In this document: positions 33,994 through 45,836 of the stretch, piece after piece
Layout: every line of letters begins with the position of its first letter
Numbering within the stretch: the first letter of the stretch is position 1
NCBI GenBank assembly: GCA_036263315.1
Contig: DATAHF010000185.1
Location: forward strand, 14,900 to 78,899
Length of the DNA stretch: 64,000 nt
Reading direction: 5' to 3'
Source of the DNA: Burkholderiales bacterium
Lineage (GTDB): Bacteria; Pseudomonadota; Gammaproteobacteria; Burkholderiales; SG8-39
Position numbers and translations under genes: made by a program
Notes under the pieces: generated by a model
What the model was told of the DNA's origin: nothing
What the model saw: the letters and a program-made list of their open reading frames with translations, nothing else
Database searches by the model: none

Positions 33994-35635
33994 GGGCAGG
34001 TTTGTCGCGCTGGAACATGCGCTGGATCTGCCATTGCTGAAGGATGGAGAGGATGTTGTTCACCAGCCAGTAGAGCACCAGCCCGGCAGGGAAGAAAAAG
34101 AAGAAGATGCTGAAAACGAACGGCATGAACTGCATCACCTTCGCCTGCACCGGGTCGGGCGGCGTGGGATTCATGCGCGTTTGCAGCACCATCGTGGCAG
34201 TCATCAGGATGGGAAGCACGAAGTATGGGTCGAGCGCCGAGAGATCGTGGATCCACAGGACGAAGGGCGCGTGGCGCAGCTCGATCGCGGCGAGGAGCAC
34301 CCAGTAGAGCGCGATGAACACCGGAATCTGCACCAGGATCGGGAAGCAGCCGCCAAGCGGGTTGATCTTCTCGGTCTTGTACAGCTCCATCATGGCCTGA
34401 TTCATCTTCTGACGGTCGTTTCCGTACATCTCGCGGATCTTCGTCAGGCGCGGCGTGATGAGCTTCATCTTCGCCATGGACTTGTAGCTCGCCGCGGACA
34501 GCGGGAAAAAGAGAATCTTGATGAACACCGTGAGCAGGATGATCGCCACGCCCCAGTTGCCGGAGAACTCGTGGAATTTCTCCAGCAGCCAGAAGAGCGG
34601 CCAGGCGATGATCGCGAGCCAGCCGTAGTCGACCACCAGATCGAGGCCCGGCGCAGCCGTCTTCAGCCTGCGCTGCTCCTGCGGGCCCGCGTAGATGGGG
34701 ACCGAGACACGCGCGCTCGCGCCCGGCGCGAGCGTGGCTAGCGGAACCAGGACGCGGCCCGCGTACAGGCCGTCGGCGCGCTTCTCCAATACGTATTCCC
34801 TCGGCTGCCCCTCCGCCGGCAGCCACGCCGAGACGAAGTAATGCTGCACGAACGCAAGCCAGCCGTTGTCCGCCTGCTTGACGAGGTCGGTTTTTCCCTT
34901 GTCGATGTCCTCGAGCGGCTCCTTCTGGTACTTGTGCTCGTTGCTGTAGGCCGCATAGCCGGTGAAGCTGCGCGCGCCGAACGACTGCGCCATGGAGTTC
35001 CCGGTGGTCTCCTCCTTGCCGTCGTGCGTCAGCTGGTAATAGGCATACGGCGTCACGGTGGCGGAGCCTTCGTTGCGCACGCTCAACGTCACGCCGATCA
35101 CGTAGCTGTCGCGATGAAAGGTATAGACCTTCTCGGCGCTGATCCCATCGCGCCCGCCCGCGGACAGGCGCACTTCAACCGTATCCTGGCCGGGTTTCAG
35201 CGCATAGTCGCCCGGGGCAACGCGCCAGAGGGTCCGATGGTTCGGCCCGCCTTCTCCAGTGAGACCGCTTTGCGCCTCGTACTGGTGCTCCGGGCCAAGC
35301 AGCACGAGGTTCTTGCTCGCATCCTTCGCGTCCTTGTGCTTGAGGAGCTCGACCCGCTTCAGCGTCGCGCCGAGCGTGTCGATATCCGCGAGCACGACAT
35401 CCGTCTGCACGTGCACGAGCTCGCCCTTTTGCGCCGCGCTATCGCCTGCGGGCACGCTGGAGCGGGAAGGCGCCGCCGGCGAGGCGGCCACGGGAGGCTT
35501 TGCCGGCGCGGGCACGGCCTGCGTGCTCGACGCGACCGCAGGCGGCTTGGGACGATGCTCTTTCTCCCAGGCTTCCCATAGCATGAGAACGGAGAAGCCG
35601 AAGATCAGGAGGAGGACGAGCCTTTGGGTATCCAT
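33980..35635 (-). CDS. yidC: Membrane protein insertase YidC
   Basis: The protein starts MDTQRLVLLLIFGFSVLMLWEAW and has a large periplasmic domain. It also contains YKSMAKMKLITPRL...GGCFPILVQIPVFIALY. Confidence 0.96.
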   Translation of the reverse strand: MDTQRLVLLLIFGFSVLMLWEAWEKEHRPKPPAVASSTQAVPAPAKPPVAASPAAPSRSSVPAGDSAAQKGELVHVQTDVVLADIDTLGATLKRVELLKHKDAKDASKNLVLLGPEHQYEAQSGLTGEGGPNHRTLWRVAPGDYALKPGQDTVEVRLSAGGRDGISAEKVYTFHRDSYVIGVTLSVRNEGSATVTPYAYYQLTHDGKEETTGNSMAQSFGARSFTGYAAYSNEHKYQKEPLEDIDKGKTDLVKQADNGWLAFVQHYFVSAWLPAEGQPREYVLEKRADGLYAGRVLVPLATLAPGASARVSVPIYAGPQEQRRLKTAAPGLDLVVDYGWLAIIAWPLFWLLEKFHEFSGNWGVAIILLTVFIKILFFPLSAASYKSMAKMKLITPRLTKIREMYGNDRQKMNQAMMELYKTEKINPLGGCFPILVQIPVFIALYWVLLAAIELRHAPFVLWIHDLSALDPYFVLPILMTATMVLQTRMNPTPPDPVQAKVMQFMPFVFSIFFFFFPAGLVLYWLVNNILSILQQWQIQRMFQRDKPAHAKR

Positions 35636-35639
35636 GGTT

Positions 35640-35852
35640 CTATGGAACGGGGTCGTATCCGCCCGGGTGCCAGGGGCCGCAGCGGCAAAGCCGGCGCAGC
35701 GCGAGCCAGCCGCCGCGGCACGCTCCATGCCGCATCAGCGCCTCCCCGGCATAGCAGGAACAGGTGGGATGGAACCGGCAAGCCATGGGCAACAGCGGGC
35801 TCACGAAATACCGATAGCCCGACAGCAGCCATGCGAGGCACCGGGCGATCAT
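35640..35852 (-). CDS. yidD: Membrane protein insertion efficiency factor YidD
   Basis: The 70-aa sequence reads [27 protein letters not shown]. It is embedded in a longer artefactual ORF, and its ATG overlaps the rnpA stop. Confidence 0.9.
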   Translation of the reverse strand: MIARCLAWLLSGYRYFVSPLLPMACRFHPTCSCYAGEALMRHGACRGGWLALRRLCRCGPWHPGGYDPVP

Positions 35853-36154
35853 GGATGCAGCTTGCCGAACAATTGCCGAAGCCGAAGCACCATGCTCGCG
35901 GAGCCCTTCAGGCCGTACGGCGGACGCACCAGCAAGTCGATCGGGCCAAGGCTTTCCTGCGAAAGCCGGAACGCCTCGCGGATGCAACGCTTGATCCGGT
36001 TGCGTTCCACGGCCCGGGGCGAGTGCTTGCGTGTAACGAGCAGCCCTAGGCGCGGCGCACCGTCTTCCCGGCAATTCAGGTAGAACGTGTATCCCTCTAC
36101 GCTTCTGCGGGCGCCGTGGCGCAGGAGGCGCTCGAAATCGGCTTTGCGCCGCAA
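35849..36154 (-). CDS. rnpA: Ribonuclease P protein component
   Basis: The sequence contains RKADFERLL, then [29 protein letters not shown], the RNR motif. The only start codon after the rpmH stop is TTG at 36154, so the start is uncertain. Confidence 0.85.
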   Translation of the reverse strand: MRRKADFERLLRHGARRSVEGYTFYLNCREDGAPRLGLLVTRKHSPRAVERNRIKRCIREAFRLSQESLGPIDLLVRPPYGLKGSASMVLRLRQLFGKLHP

Positions 36155-36195
36155 GCGCCGCTCGGTACCAAGGCCGTGCCGCTTGCGTGCCGCGG

Positions 36196-36330
36196 CTACA
36201 ACCCGAGGCGGCGTCGGCCGCGCGCGCGACGGCTGCGAAGCACCGCGCGCCCGCCACGAGTGCGGCTGCGGACCAGAAATCCATGTCGCCGCGCCCGACG
36301 GGTCTTCGACGGTTGATAGCTTCGCTTCAT
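36196..36330 (-). CDS. rpmH: 50S ribosomal protein L34
   Basis: Hand translation gives [44 protein letters not shown]. It is 44 aa, below the ORF-track cutoff. GAGG lies upstream of the ATG. Confidence 0.93.
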   Translation of the reverse strand: MKRSYQPSKTRRARRHGFLVRSRTRGGRAVLRSRRARGRRRLGL

Positions 36331-36357
36331 CGCTGCCTCGATCCGAAAAAGGGCGGT

Positions 36358-36387
36358 ATTAGAGCGTGCGCGTCAATGCGTTGTCAA
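36358..36387 (-). promoter_or_regulatory. Putative sigma70 promoter of rpmH-rnpA
   Basis: The minus strand reads TTGACA, an 18-nt spacer, then TCTAAT, ending about 27 nt upstream of the rpmH ATG. Confidence 0.5.
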
Positions 36388-36432
36388 ATGATTCGCGGCG
36401 CTCACGGAACCGCGCGTAATCGAGCGCCACGG

Positions 36433-36441
36433 TGTGGATAA
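36433..36441 (+). promoter_or_regulatory. Consensus DnaA box
   Basis: TGTGGATAA is the exact reverse complement of TTATCCACA. It lies 50 nt upstream of the dnaA ATG. Confidence 0.8.
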
Positions 36442-36463
36442 CCCAAGACGAAGCGGGTAAAAT
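36435..36463 (+). promoter_or_regulatory. Putative dnaA promoter overlapping the DnaA box
   Basis: TGGATA (-35-like), a 17-nt spacer, then TAAAAT (-10-like), 28 nt upstream of the dnaA ATG. Confidence 0.4.
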
Positions 36464-36490
36464 TCCGACTCACCAAGGCTCAACCACAAG

Positions 36491-37837
36491 ATGCAAAATC
36501 TATGGGACGCCTGCCTGCGTCGGCTCGAGCAGGAGCTCCCCGCGCAGCAGTTCAATACCTGGATCCGCCCTCTTGCGCCCGAAGCGGGCGCCACTGCCGA
36601 CACGCTGGTTCTGGCCGCTCCGAATCGTTTCGTCCTCGAGCTGGTGCGCGAGCGTTTCGCCTCGCGTATCGAACGACTCGCCGCGGAAGCGGCCGGCCAT
36701 GACTGCGGCTTGCGCCTCGTGCTGGCAAGGGCGGCCGAGGGCAGCGCGCGCCTGTCCCCGGTCTCGCCGCGCTCCGAGGCGGTCCTGCCCGCCAGCCCCG
36801 CGGCCTCTTCGCTCGAGCGCGCCCGGCTCAACCGGGCGTTCACGTTCGACAGTTTCGTCACAGGCAAGGCGAACCAGCTCGCTCGCGCGGCCGCGGTGCA
36901 GGTGGCGGAGAATCCTGGCATCTCGTACAACCCGCTCTTCATCTACGGCGGCGTGGGCCTGGGCAAGACGCACCTGTTGCAGGCAATCGGAAACCATGTC
37001 GCCGATCAGCGCCCGCAGGCCCGGATCCGATACAGCCACGCCGAGCAGTACGTGACCGACGTGGTGCGCGCCTATCAGCAGAAATCCTTCGACGACTTCA
37101 AGCGCTATTACCACTCGCTCGATCTGCTGTTGATCGACGACATCCAGTTCTTTTCGAACAAGGGTCGCACGCAGGAAGAGTTCTTCTATGCGTTCAACGC
37201 TCTTGTGGAAGCGCACAAGCAGATTGTCATTACCTGCGACAGCTATCCCAAGGAAATTGCGGGGATGGAGGAGCGGCTGATTTCGCGCTTCGGCTGGGGT
37301 CTAACCGTCGCCATCGAGCCGCCCGAGCTCGAAATGCGCGTCGCCATCGTCCTCAAGAAAGCCGAGGTCGAATCAGTCTCGGTGTCCGAGGACATCGCCT
37401 TCTTCATCGCCAAGCACATCCGCTCCAACGTGCGCGAGCTCGAAGGCGCCCTGAAGAAGGTGCTCGCGTTCTCGCGCTTCACCGGCAGGGAGTTGTCGCT
37501 CGATCTCGCCAAGGAGGCGCTGCGCGACATCCTGAACGTTGCCAGCCGCCAGGTGAGCGTCGAAGGAATCCAGAAGACCGTCGCGGAATACTTCAAGATC
37601 AAGGTCTCCGACATGCACTCGAAGAAGCGCAGCCGCAACGTCGCCCGCCCGAGGCAGGTCGCCATGGCGCTCGCAAAGGATCTGACGCAGATGAGCTTGC
37701 CGGAGATCGGCGAGGCCTTCGGCAACCGCGACCACACCACGGTGCTCCATGCGTGCCGCACCATTGCGAGCCTGCGAAAGCAGGACAGCACTCTGAATCG
37801 CGACTATTTGGTTCTCGAGCAAGTCCTCAAGGGATGA
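36491..37837 (+). CDS. dnaA: Chromosomal replication initiator DnaA
   Basis: The 448-aa sequence reads [19 protein letters not shown]...[23 protein letters not shown] and carries the C-terminal DNA-binding motif DHTTVLHA. Confidence 0.98.
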   Translation: MQNLWDACLRRLEQELPAQQFNTWIRPLAPEAGATADTLVLAAPNRFVLELVRERFASRIERLAAEAAGHDCGLRLVLARAAEGSARLSPVSPRSEAVLPASPAASSLERARLNRAFTFDSFVTGKANQLARAAAVQVAENPGISYNPLFIYGGVGLGKTHLLQAIGNHVADQRPQARIRYSHAEQYVTDVVRAYQQKSFDDFKRYYHSLDLLLIDDIQFFSNKGRTQEEFFYAFNALVEAHKQIVITCDSYPKEIAGMEERLISRFGWGLTVAIEPPELEMRVAIVLKKAEVESVSVSEDIAFFIAKHIRSNVRELEGALKKVLAFSRFTGRELSLDLAKEALRDILNVASRQVSVEGIQKTVAEYFKIKVSDMHSKKRSRNVARPRQVAMALAKDLTQMSLPEIGEAFGNRDHTTVLHACRTIASLRKQDSTLNRDYLVLEQVLKG

Positions 37838-38077
37838 GGATTGAGCAGCCCGCGGATGGGACGGACAAGCTGTGCACGGCTGCCGAGCAAGCTGTGGGTA
37901 AGTTGGCCAAGTCGCCCCGCGCCGAAAACAGTCCCATTCGCTCCACAGGCGCTCCACAGCTTGTTGGGCGGCCGAACTGCATGCAAGCGTCAGACGGCAA
38001 AAGGCTTTTGAAGTTATACAGCGCTTCCACGGTCTTTATTAGCTGTTATTAATATAAGAGAAGAGAAGACCTAAACC
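37838..38077. other. dnaA-dnaN intergenic region with DnaA-box-like repeats and an AT-rich tract (candidate oriC element / dnaN promoter)
   Basis: It contains TGTGGGTAA (8/9 DnaA box, 37893..37901), CAAGCTGTG twice (37866 and 37888) and a tandem CGCTCCACAG(G/C) at 37939..37960. An AT-rich stretch at 38031..38070 stands out in an otherwise high-GC context. Confidence 0.4.
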
Positions 38078-39184
38078 ATGGCACAGGTCAAAGCTAAGCG
38101 CGATGAGATCCTCGGACCCCTTTCCGCGGTGAGCGGCATCATCGAAAGGCGGCACACGCTGCCCATTCTGTCGAATGTGCTGCTCGAGCGCGGCGCCGAT
38201 ACGCTTTCCTTTCTCGCCACCGACATCGAGATCCAGATCGCAGCGAAAAGCGCGATCGCGGTGGGCGCGGACGCGCGCGCGGTCACGGTCGGAGCCCGCA
38301 AGCTGCTCGACATCCTCCGGGCCCTGCCGGAGGGCGCCGAAGTCACGCTGCAGCAGCAGGACAAGCGTCTGGTGGTCAAGGCGGGAAAGAGCCGTTTTTC
38401 GCTGCAGACGCTGCCTGCGGAGGATTTTCCGAGGCTCGCCAAGCCGGCCGGTGAGGCTGCCCGGTTTTCGATGAGCCAGAAGGCTTTGCGCCGCGTGCTC
38501 GGACTGGTGCAGTACGCCATGGCGCAGCAGGACATTCGCTACTACCTGAACGGCCTCCTGATGCTCGTGGAGGAGCGCCAGCTCAAGCTCGTCGCCACCG
38601 ACGGGCACCGCCTCGCCTATGCGGCACTGAAGCTTGAGAGCGAGCTGCCGCGCCAGGAGGTCATCGTGCCGCGCAAGACGGTTCTGGAGCTCGCGAAGCT
38701 CCTCGCCGACAGCGATGATCCCGTAAAGATCGAGCTGTCCGCGACGCAGGCGGCATTCTCCTTCGGGTCCGTGGAGCTGGTCTCTAAGCTCGTGGACGGA
38801 AAATTTCCAGATTACACGCGCGTCATTCCGACGCAGCACAAGAATGTCCTGCGCGTGGAGCGCGACGCGCTTCGCCAGGCGCTGCAGCGCGCGGCAATCC
38901 TGTCGAACGAGAAGTTCCGCGGAGTGCGCTGGGTGCTCGCCGACGGCGCCTTGAAGATCGTGTCGTCGAACGCCGAGCAGGAGGAGGCCAACGAGGAGCT
39001 CGAGGTGCAATACAGCGGCGACGCGCTCGACATAGGCTTCAATGTCAATTACCTGCTCGACGTGTTGAACAACGTGTCGGCCAGCGCGGTCGAGTGCGCC
39101 TTCGGCGATTCTTCGTCGAGCGCGCTCGTGAGCTTTGCCTCCGAGAAGGATTTCAAGTATGTCGTCATGCCGATGAGGATCTAG
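38078..39184 (+). CDS. dnaN: DNA polymerase III beta sliding clamp
   Basis: The 368-aa sequence reads ILGPLSAVSGIIERRHTLPILSNVLLE...ATDGHRLA...MPMRI. Confidence 0.97.
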   Translation: MAQVKAKRDEILGPLSAVSGIIERRHTLPILSNVLLERGADTLSFLATDIEIQIAAKSAIAVGADARAVTVGARKLLDILRALPEGAEVTLQQQDKRLVVKAGKSRFSLQTLPAEDFPRLAKPAGEAARFSMSQKALRRVLGLVQYAMAQQDIRYYLNGLLMLVEERQLKLVATDGHRLAYAALKLESELPRQEVIVPRKTVLELAKLLADSDDPVKIELSATQAAFSFGSVELVSKLVDGKFPDYTRVIPTQHKNVLRVERDALRQALQRAAILSNEKFRGVRWVLADGALKIVSSNAEQEEANEELEVQYSGDALDIGFNVNYLLDVLNNVSASAVECAFGDSSSSALVSFASEKDFKYVVMPMRI

Positions 39185-41608
<2,424 letters not shown>

Positions 41609-44101
41609 TCACGCCGCGCGGGAGCGCCGCGCGGTTTTCTTCGCGGGCTTGTCGTCGGCCGATTTGGTCTTCGGTGCGCGCGGCTGGAACTCGAAGCCGA
41701 TCTTGCCGTCGGGCTGCTTCACGAGGAACGCCTTGAACGGCCGTCCTTTCTTGGAGATGAAGCGCGGCAAGAGATCGGTTCGCCCGGTCTGCAGCAGCTT
41801 CTTCATCTGCTCGCGCTCGATCGGCTGCTGCAGGATCATCCGGCCGGAGCGGAAATCGCAGGTCTTGCCCGGACCGACCGCTTTTTCGCAGGTGTAAACC
41901 ATGCCGTGCTCGAAGACGCGCGCTGCGCATTTCGGGCAGGCGCCCAGAGGCTCCTGGCCGCTGAAGTCCGGCGCCTCCTCGCCTTCGCCGGACTGACCGA
42001 AGTCGAACTCCAGGCGCAGCTCGTCAGTCAGTTTGAGCACCGCGCTGAAGGGCTTGCCCATCTTGCTGCGAAAGCCGGTGAGCGGTCCGATCTTGCGCTT
42101 GGTGACCAGTTCCGCGACCTCCTCGGGCGTCCACTCGCGGCCGGAGGTCACCTTCCAGAGAGAGAAGTCGCACTTCTGGCACTGGAACTTGCGATAGTTC
42201 TCCTGCACGGGCCCCTTGCCGCACTTCGGGCACGGGGCGGGCACGGTGGCGTACACCACGTCGGGGATCTCGCCCGTCTTGATGACACCCACCACCTTGC
42301 GCACGAGCTCGTTGATCTGCTTCATGAACTCGTCGCGCGTCAGCTTGCCCTGCTCGATCAGCTTTAGCTTGTGCTCCCATTCGCCGGTCAGCTCCGGGGA
42401 GGCGAGCTCCACGATATGCAGCATGTGCAGGGCGAAAAGCAGGGAAAAGGCCTTAGGCGTCGGAATCAGCTCACGGCCTTCGCGGTTGACGTACTCCTCG
42501 CGGATCAGGCCTTCGATGATCGCTGCGCGCGTCGCCGGCGTGCCGAGGCCCTTGGCCGCCATGGCCTCGCGAAGCTCGTCGTCCTCGACCAGCTTGCCGG
42601 CGCCTTCCATCGCCGAGAGCAGCGTCGCCTCGGTGAACCGCGGCGGCGCCTTGGTCTGATTCGCCTGCGCGCCGACCTCCAGCACCTTCACCGTCTCGCC
42701 GGGCTCGATCGCCGGCAAGGTCTTTTCTTCGTCACCCAGGGCACGGCCGTAGATCGCGAGCCAGCCGGGCGCTTGCAACACGCGGCCCTCGGTGCGGAAA
42801 TGATGCTCGCCGACCCTCGTGATGCGCGTCGTCTGCAGGTATTCGGCGGCCGGGAAGAACACGGCAAGGAAGCGCCGCGCGACCAGGTCGTAGAGCTTCT
42901 GCTCCGCCTCGTTCAGATGCTTCGGCGTCTGCAGCGTCGGGATGATGGCGAAGTGGTCGGAGATCTTGGTGTTGTCGAAGATGCGCTTGTTCGGCCTCAC
43001 CCAGTTCTGCTTCAGCGCCTGGCGCGCGAAGGTGCCGTACGCCGTCGTCTCGCCGAGGACTTTCATGGTGTCCTTGACGGTCGCGAGGTAATCCTCCGGC
43101 AGCGCGCGCGAATCCGTGCGCGGGTAAGTCAGCACCTTGTGCTTCTCGTAGAGCGCCTGGGCGAGGGAGAGCGTCATGCGTGCGGGGAAGCCGAAGCGGC
43201 CGTTCGCCTCGCGCTGCAGGCTGGTCAAGTCGAACAGAAGCGGTGATAGCTGCGTCGACGGCTTGCTCTCCTCCGTCGCGGTGCCTTTCTTGCCTTCGCA
43301 GGCCGACACGATGGCGCCTGCACGCCGCTCGTCCCAAAGCCGCTCTGCCTTGCGCTCCGCGTCGTCGTCTTTCTTGAAATCCGGATCGAACCAGCGCCCG
43401 GGGTACTCGCCCGCCTTCGCGCCGAAGCGTGCGTGGACCTCCCAATAGTCCTTGGCGGTGAACGCCTTGATCTTCTCCTCGCGCTCGACCAGGATCGCGA
43501 GCGTCGGCGTCTGCACGCGGCCCACTGTAGTGAGGTAGAAGCCGCCTTCCTTCGAGTTGAAAGCCGTCATTGCGCGCGTGCCGTTGATGCCTACGAGCCA
43601 GTCGGCCTCGGAACGGCTCTTCGCGGCGTCGGCGAGCGGCAAGAGCTCTTTGTCGGCCCGCAGGTGCTTGAAGCCCTCGCGGATCGACTGCTGCGTCATC
43701 GATTGCAGCCACAGCCGCTCGATCGGCTTCTTGTTCTTCGCGTGCTGCACCAGGTAGCGGAAGATCAGTTCGCCCTCGCGCCCCGCATCGCAGGCATTGA
43801 TGAGGCCGCTCACGTCCTTGCGCTTCATCAGGCGCAGCAGAACGTTCAGCCGGGCCTCGCTGCGCTCGATCGGCGCGAGCTCGAAGTGCGGCGGGATCAC
43901 CGGCAGCTTGGCGAACGACCACTTGCCTTTCTTGACGTCGTACTGCTCGGGCAGTATGAGCTCGAGCAAGTGGCCAACGGCCGAAGAGATGACGTAGTCG
44001 TCGTTCTCGAAATAGTCGCCCTTGCGCGCGAAGCCGCCAAGCGCGCGAGCGATGTCGGCCGCGACCGACGGCTTCTCTGCAATGATGAGTTTCTTGCTCA
44101 T
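41609..44101 (-). CDS. Type IA DNA topoisomerase (Topo III-like N-terminus with C-terminal zinc ribbons)
   Basis: The sequence reads MSKKLIIAEKPSVAADIARALG...ACDAGREGELIFRYL (TOPRIM). The C-terminal part carries CPKCGKG...CQKCDF and CPKCAARV...TCEK. The protein is 830 aa from the start chosen at 44101. Confidence 0.88.
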   Translation of the reverse strand: MSKKLIIAEKPSVAADIARALGGFARKGDYFENDDYVISSAVGHLLELILPEQYDVKKGKWSFAKLPVIPPHFELAPIERSEARLNVLLRLMKRKDVSGLINACDAGREGELIFRYLVQHAKNKKPIERLWLQSMTQQSIREGFKHLRADKELLPLADAAKSRSEADWLVGINGTRAMTAFNSKEGGFYLTTVGRVQTPTLAILVEREEKIKAFTAKDYWEVHARFGAKAGEYPGRWFDPDFKKDDDAERKAERLWDERRAGAIVSACEGKKGTATEESKPSTQLSPLLFDLTSLQREANGRFGFPARMTLSLAQALYEKHKVLTYPRTDSRALPEDYLATVKDTMKVLGETTAYGTFARQALKQNWVRPNKRIFDNTKISDHFAIIPTLQTPKHLNEAEQKLYDLVARRFLAVFFPAAEYLQTTRITRVGEHHFRTEGRVLQAPGWLAIYGRALGDEEKTLPAIEPGETVKVLEVGAQANQTKAPPRFTEATLLSAMEGAGKLVEDDELREAMAAKGLGTPATRAAIIEGLIREEYVNREGRELIPTPKAFSLLFALHMLHIVELASPELTGEWEHKLKLIEQGKLTRDEFMKQINELVRKVVGVIKTGEIPDVVYATVPAPCPKCGKGPVQENYRKFQCQKCDFSLWKVTSGREWTPEEVAELVTKRKIGPLTGFRSKMGKPFSAVLKLTDELRLEFDFGQSGEGEEAPDFSGQEPLGACPKCAARVFEHGMVYTCEKAVGPGKTCDFRSGRMILQQPIEREQMKKLLQTGRTDLLPRFISKKGRPFKAFLVKQPDGKIGFEFQPRAPKTKSADDKPAKKTARRSRAA

Positions 44102-44185
44102 GCGGCGGAAGGCCGCAGATGATAAGTGCAAACGGCGCGCCGGTTCAACCGGCCGGCGGCGCGGCGACCGCGCGGGCGAGGCCCG

Positions 44186-44644
44186 TCAGCTCGGCAGGCG
44201 CGAGTGCGGCGCGCTGAAAAGATCCTCGGCGAGCAGGCGGCTGGTGGGTGTTTGCTGGTTCCAAAGCACCATGAGAACAATGAGCTTCAGCTGCTCGAGC
44301 GTCAACGCGTCGCCCGAGGCGGCGAGCGAGCGCTCCAGGACGAGCTCGCGATTCTGCGCGTTCAATATGCCGGATTGCTCCAGCGTGAGAAGGAAGCCGC
44401 GGCAGGCCGCGTCGAGCTTCGCGAGCTCGCGCGGGGCAAAGGCCCGGAGTGCCGTGCGCGCTTCGGGAATCGGCTTCGGCCCGCTCTGCGGCGCTCGCAC
44501 GACGCCCGCGAGCCAGTGCAAAGCCTCGCTGATATCCGAATCGTCGAACCCGGCGGCGGAGAGCTTTTTCGCCACGCGCTCGCGGTCATACGCCAAGTCG
44601 GCCTGCTGGCAGTTCTCGAAGACGTAGACAAGGATGTCGTACAT
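44186..44644 (-). CDS. smg: Smg protein (DUF494)
   Basis: The 152-aa sequence reads MYDILVYVFENCQQ...AGFDDSDISEALHWL. It sits in conserved synteny after dprA. Confidence 0.88.
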   Translation of the reverse strand: MYDILVYVFENCQQADLAYDRERVAKKLSAAGFDDSDISEALHWLAGVVRAPQSGPKPIPEARTALRAFAPRELAKLDAACRGFLLTLEQSGILNAQNRELVLERSLAASGDALTLEQLKLIVLMVLWNQQTPTSRLLAEDLFSAPHSRLPS

Positions 44645-44678
44645 GGCTTCTCCTTTTTGTTTTAACGCGCGACGCCGC

Positions 44679-45794
44679 TCATCGTTTACCCGCCGCGGCG
44701 GTGAACAGCCGTTGGTAAAGCCCTCCTGGCAGCGCGGTCACTTCCCCGCCGAGCTCGAGGCGAAGCAACTCGGCCGCCACCTGCTGAGCACTGAGCGCGG
44801 CCAGCGCGCACAGCGAGTCAACGTCGATCGGGTCATGGCCCATGTAAGCCAGCAGCCCTTCCGCAGGACGCACGGTCTCACCGCGTGTCGCGTCGGTTCC
44901 CGCGGCCGCGGCATGCGCGTTTACCCCCGAGAGCTCGGCCAGCACGTCATCGGCCGACTCGACCAGCTTCGCGCCCGCCTTGATCAAGGCGTGGCAGCCT
45001 TTGTGCAGCGGGGAATGGATCGAACCGGGAATGGCGAACACATCACGGCCCTGATCGGCCGCCGCGCGTGCGGTAATGAGCGAACCGGATGCAAGGGCCG
45101 CCTCCACCACTAGGCACCCGCGGCTCAGGCCGCTGATGAGCCGGTTGCGCCGCGGAAAGTTATAGGCGGCCGGCGAGGTGCCGAGTGGAAACTCGGATAC
45201 CAGCGCGCCGTTCTGTTCGATCTCGCGCGCAAGCTCGGCGTTGCGCTTCGGATACGCAACATCGATACCGGTGCCGAGCACCGCGACGGTCGACCCCGGG
45301 CCTCGCAGGCCGCCCCGGTGGGCGGCGGCATCGATGCCTAGCGCAAGCCCCGATACGATCGTCAGCCCTGCTTCGCTGAACGCGCGCGCGAAGCTGGAAG
45401 CGTTGGCTTCACCCTGCGCGCTTGCATTGCGGCTCCCGACGATCGCGAGCGAAGTGGACTGCAGCAACTCAGCGCGCCCCGCCACGTACAGGAGCGCTGG
45501 AGGATCGGTAATTTCCAGCAATGCACGCGGATAGCGCTCGTCGGCGAGCGTGATGGCGTAGCGCCGCGGCCCGTTCAGCCATTCCAGCGCGTTGTCGACC
45601 GATTGGCGCACGCTTGCCGAGTCGAGCGCCTGCAGCGCGGCGGGACTGACGTACGGCGCCAACTCGGAGCGGCGCCGGACCAGGATTGCTTCGGGCAGGC
45701 CGAAAGTGCGCAGCAGGCCGCGCAGCGCGGCGGCACTGAGCCCGGGCGTGAGCGTGAGTTGGAGCCAACTCGCCAGCCCGGGGTCTTGGATCAT
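44679..45794 (-). CDS. dprA: DNA-processing protein A (Smf)
   Basis: The 371-aa sequence reads LAIVGSRNASAQGEANA...VSGLALGIDAAAHRG...GTGIDVAYPKRN. Confidence 0.92.
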   Translation of the reverse strand: MIQDPGLASWLQLTLTPGLSAAALRGLLRTFGLPEAILVRRRSELAPYVSPAALQALDSASVRQSVDNALEWLNGPRRYAITLADERYPRALLEITDPPALLYVAGRAELLQSTSLAIVGSRNASAQGEANASSFARAFSEAGLTIVSGLALGIDAAAHRGGLRGPGSTVAVLGTGIDVAYPKRNAELAREIEQNGALVSEFPLGTSPAAYNFPRRNRLISGLSRGCLVVEAALASGSLITARAAADQGRDVFAIPGSIHSPLHKGCHALIKAGAKLVESADDVLAELSGVNAHAAAAGTDATRGETVRPAEGLLAYMGHDPIDVDSLCALAALSAQQVAAELLRLELGGEVTALPGGLYQRLFTAAAGKR

Positions 45795-45836
45795 CCCGGC
45801 GGCGCGGTGCGGGAATGGCTTTCCCGCTTCTTGTTC

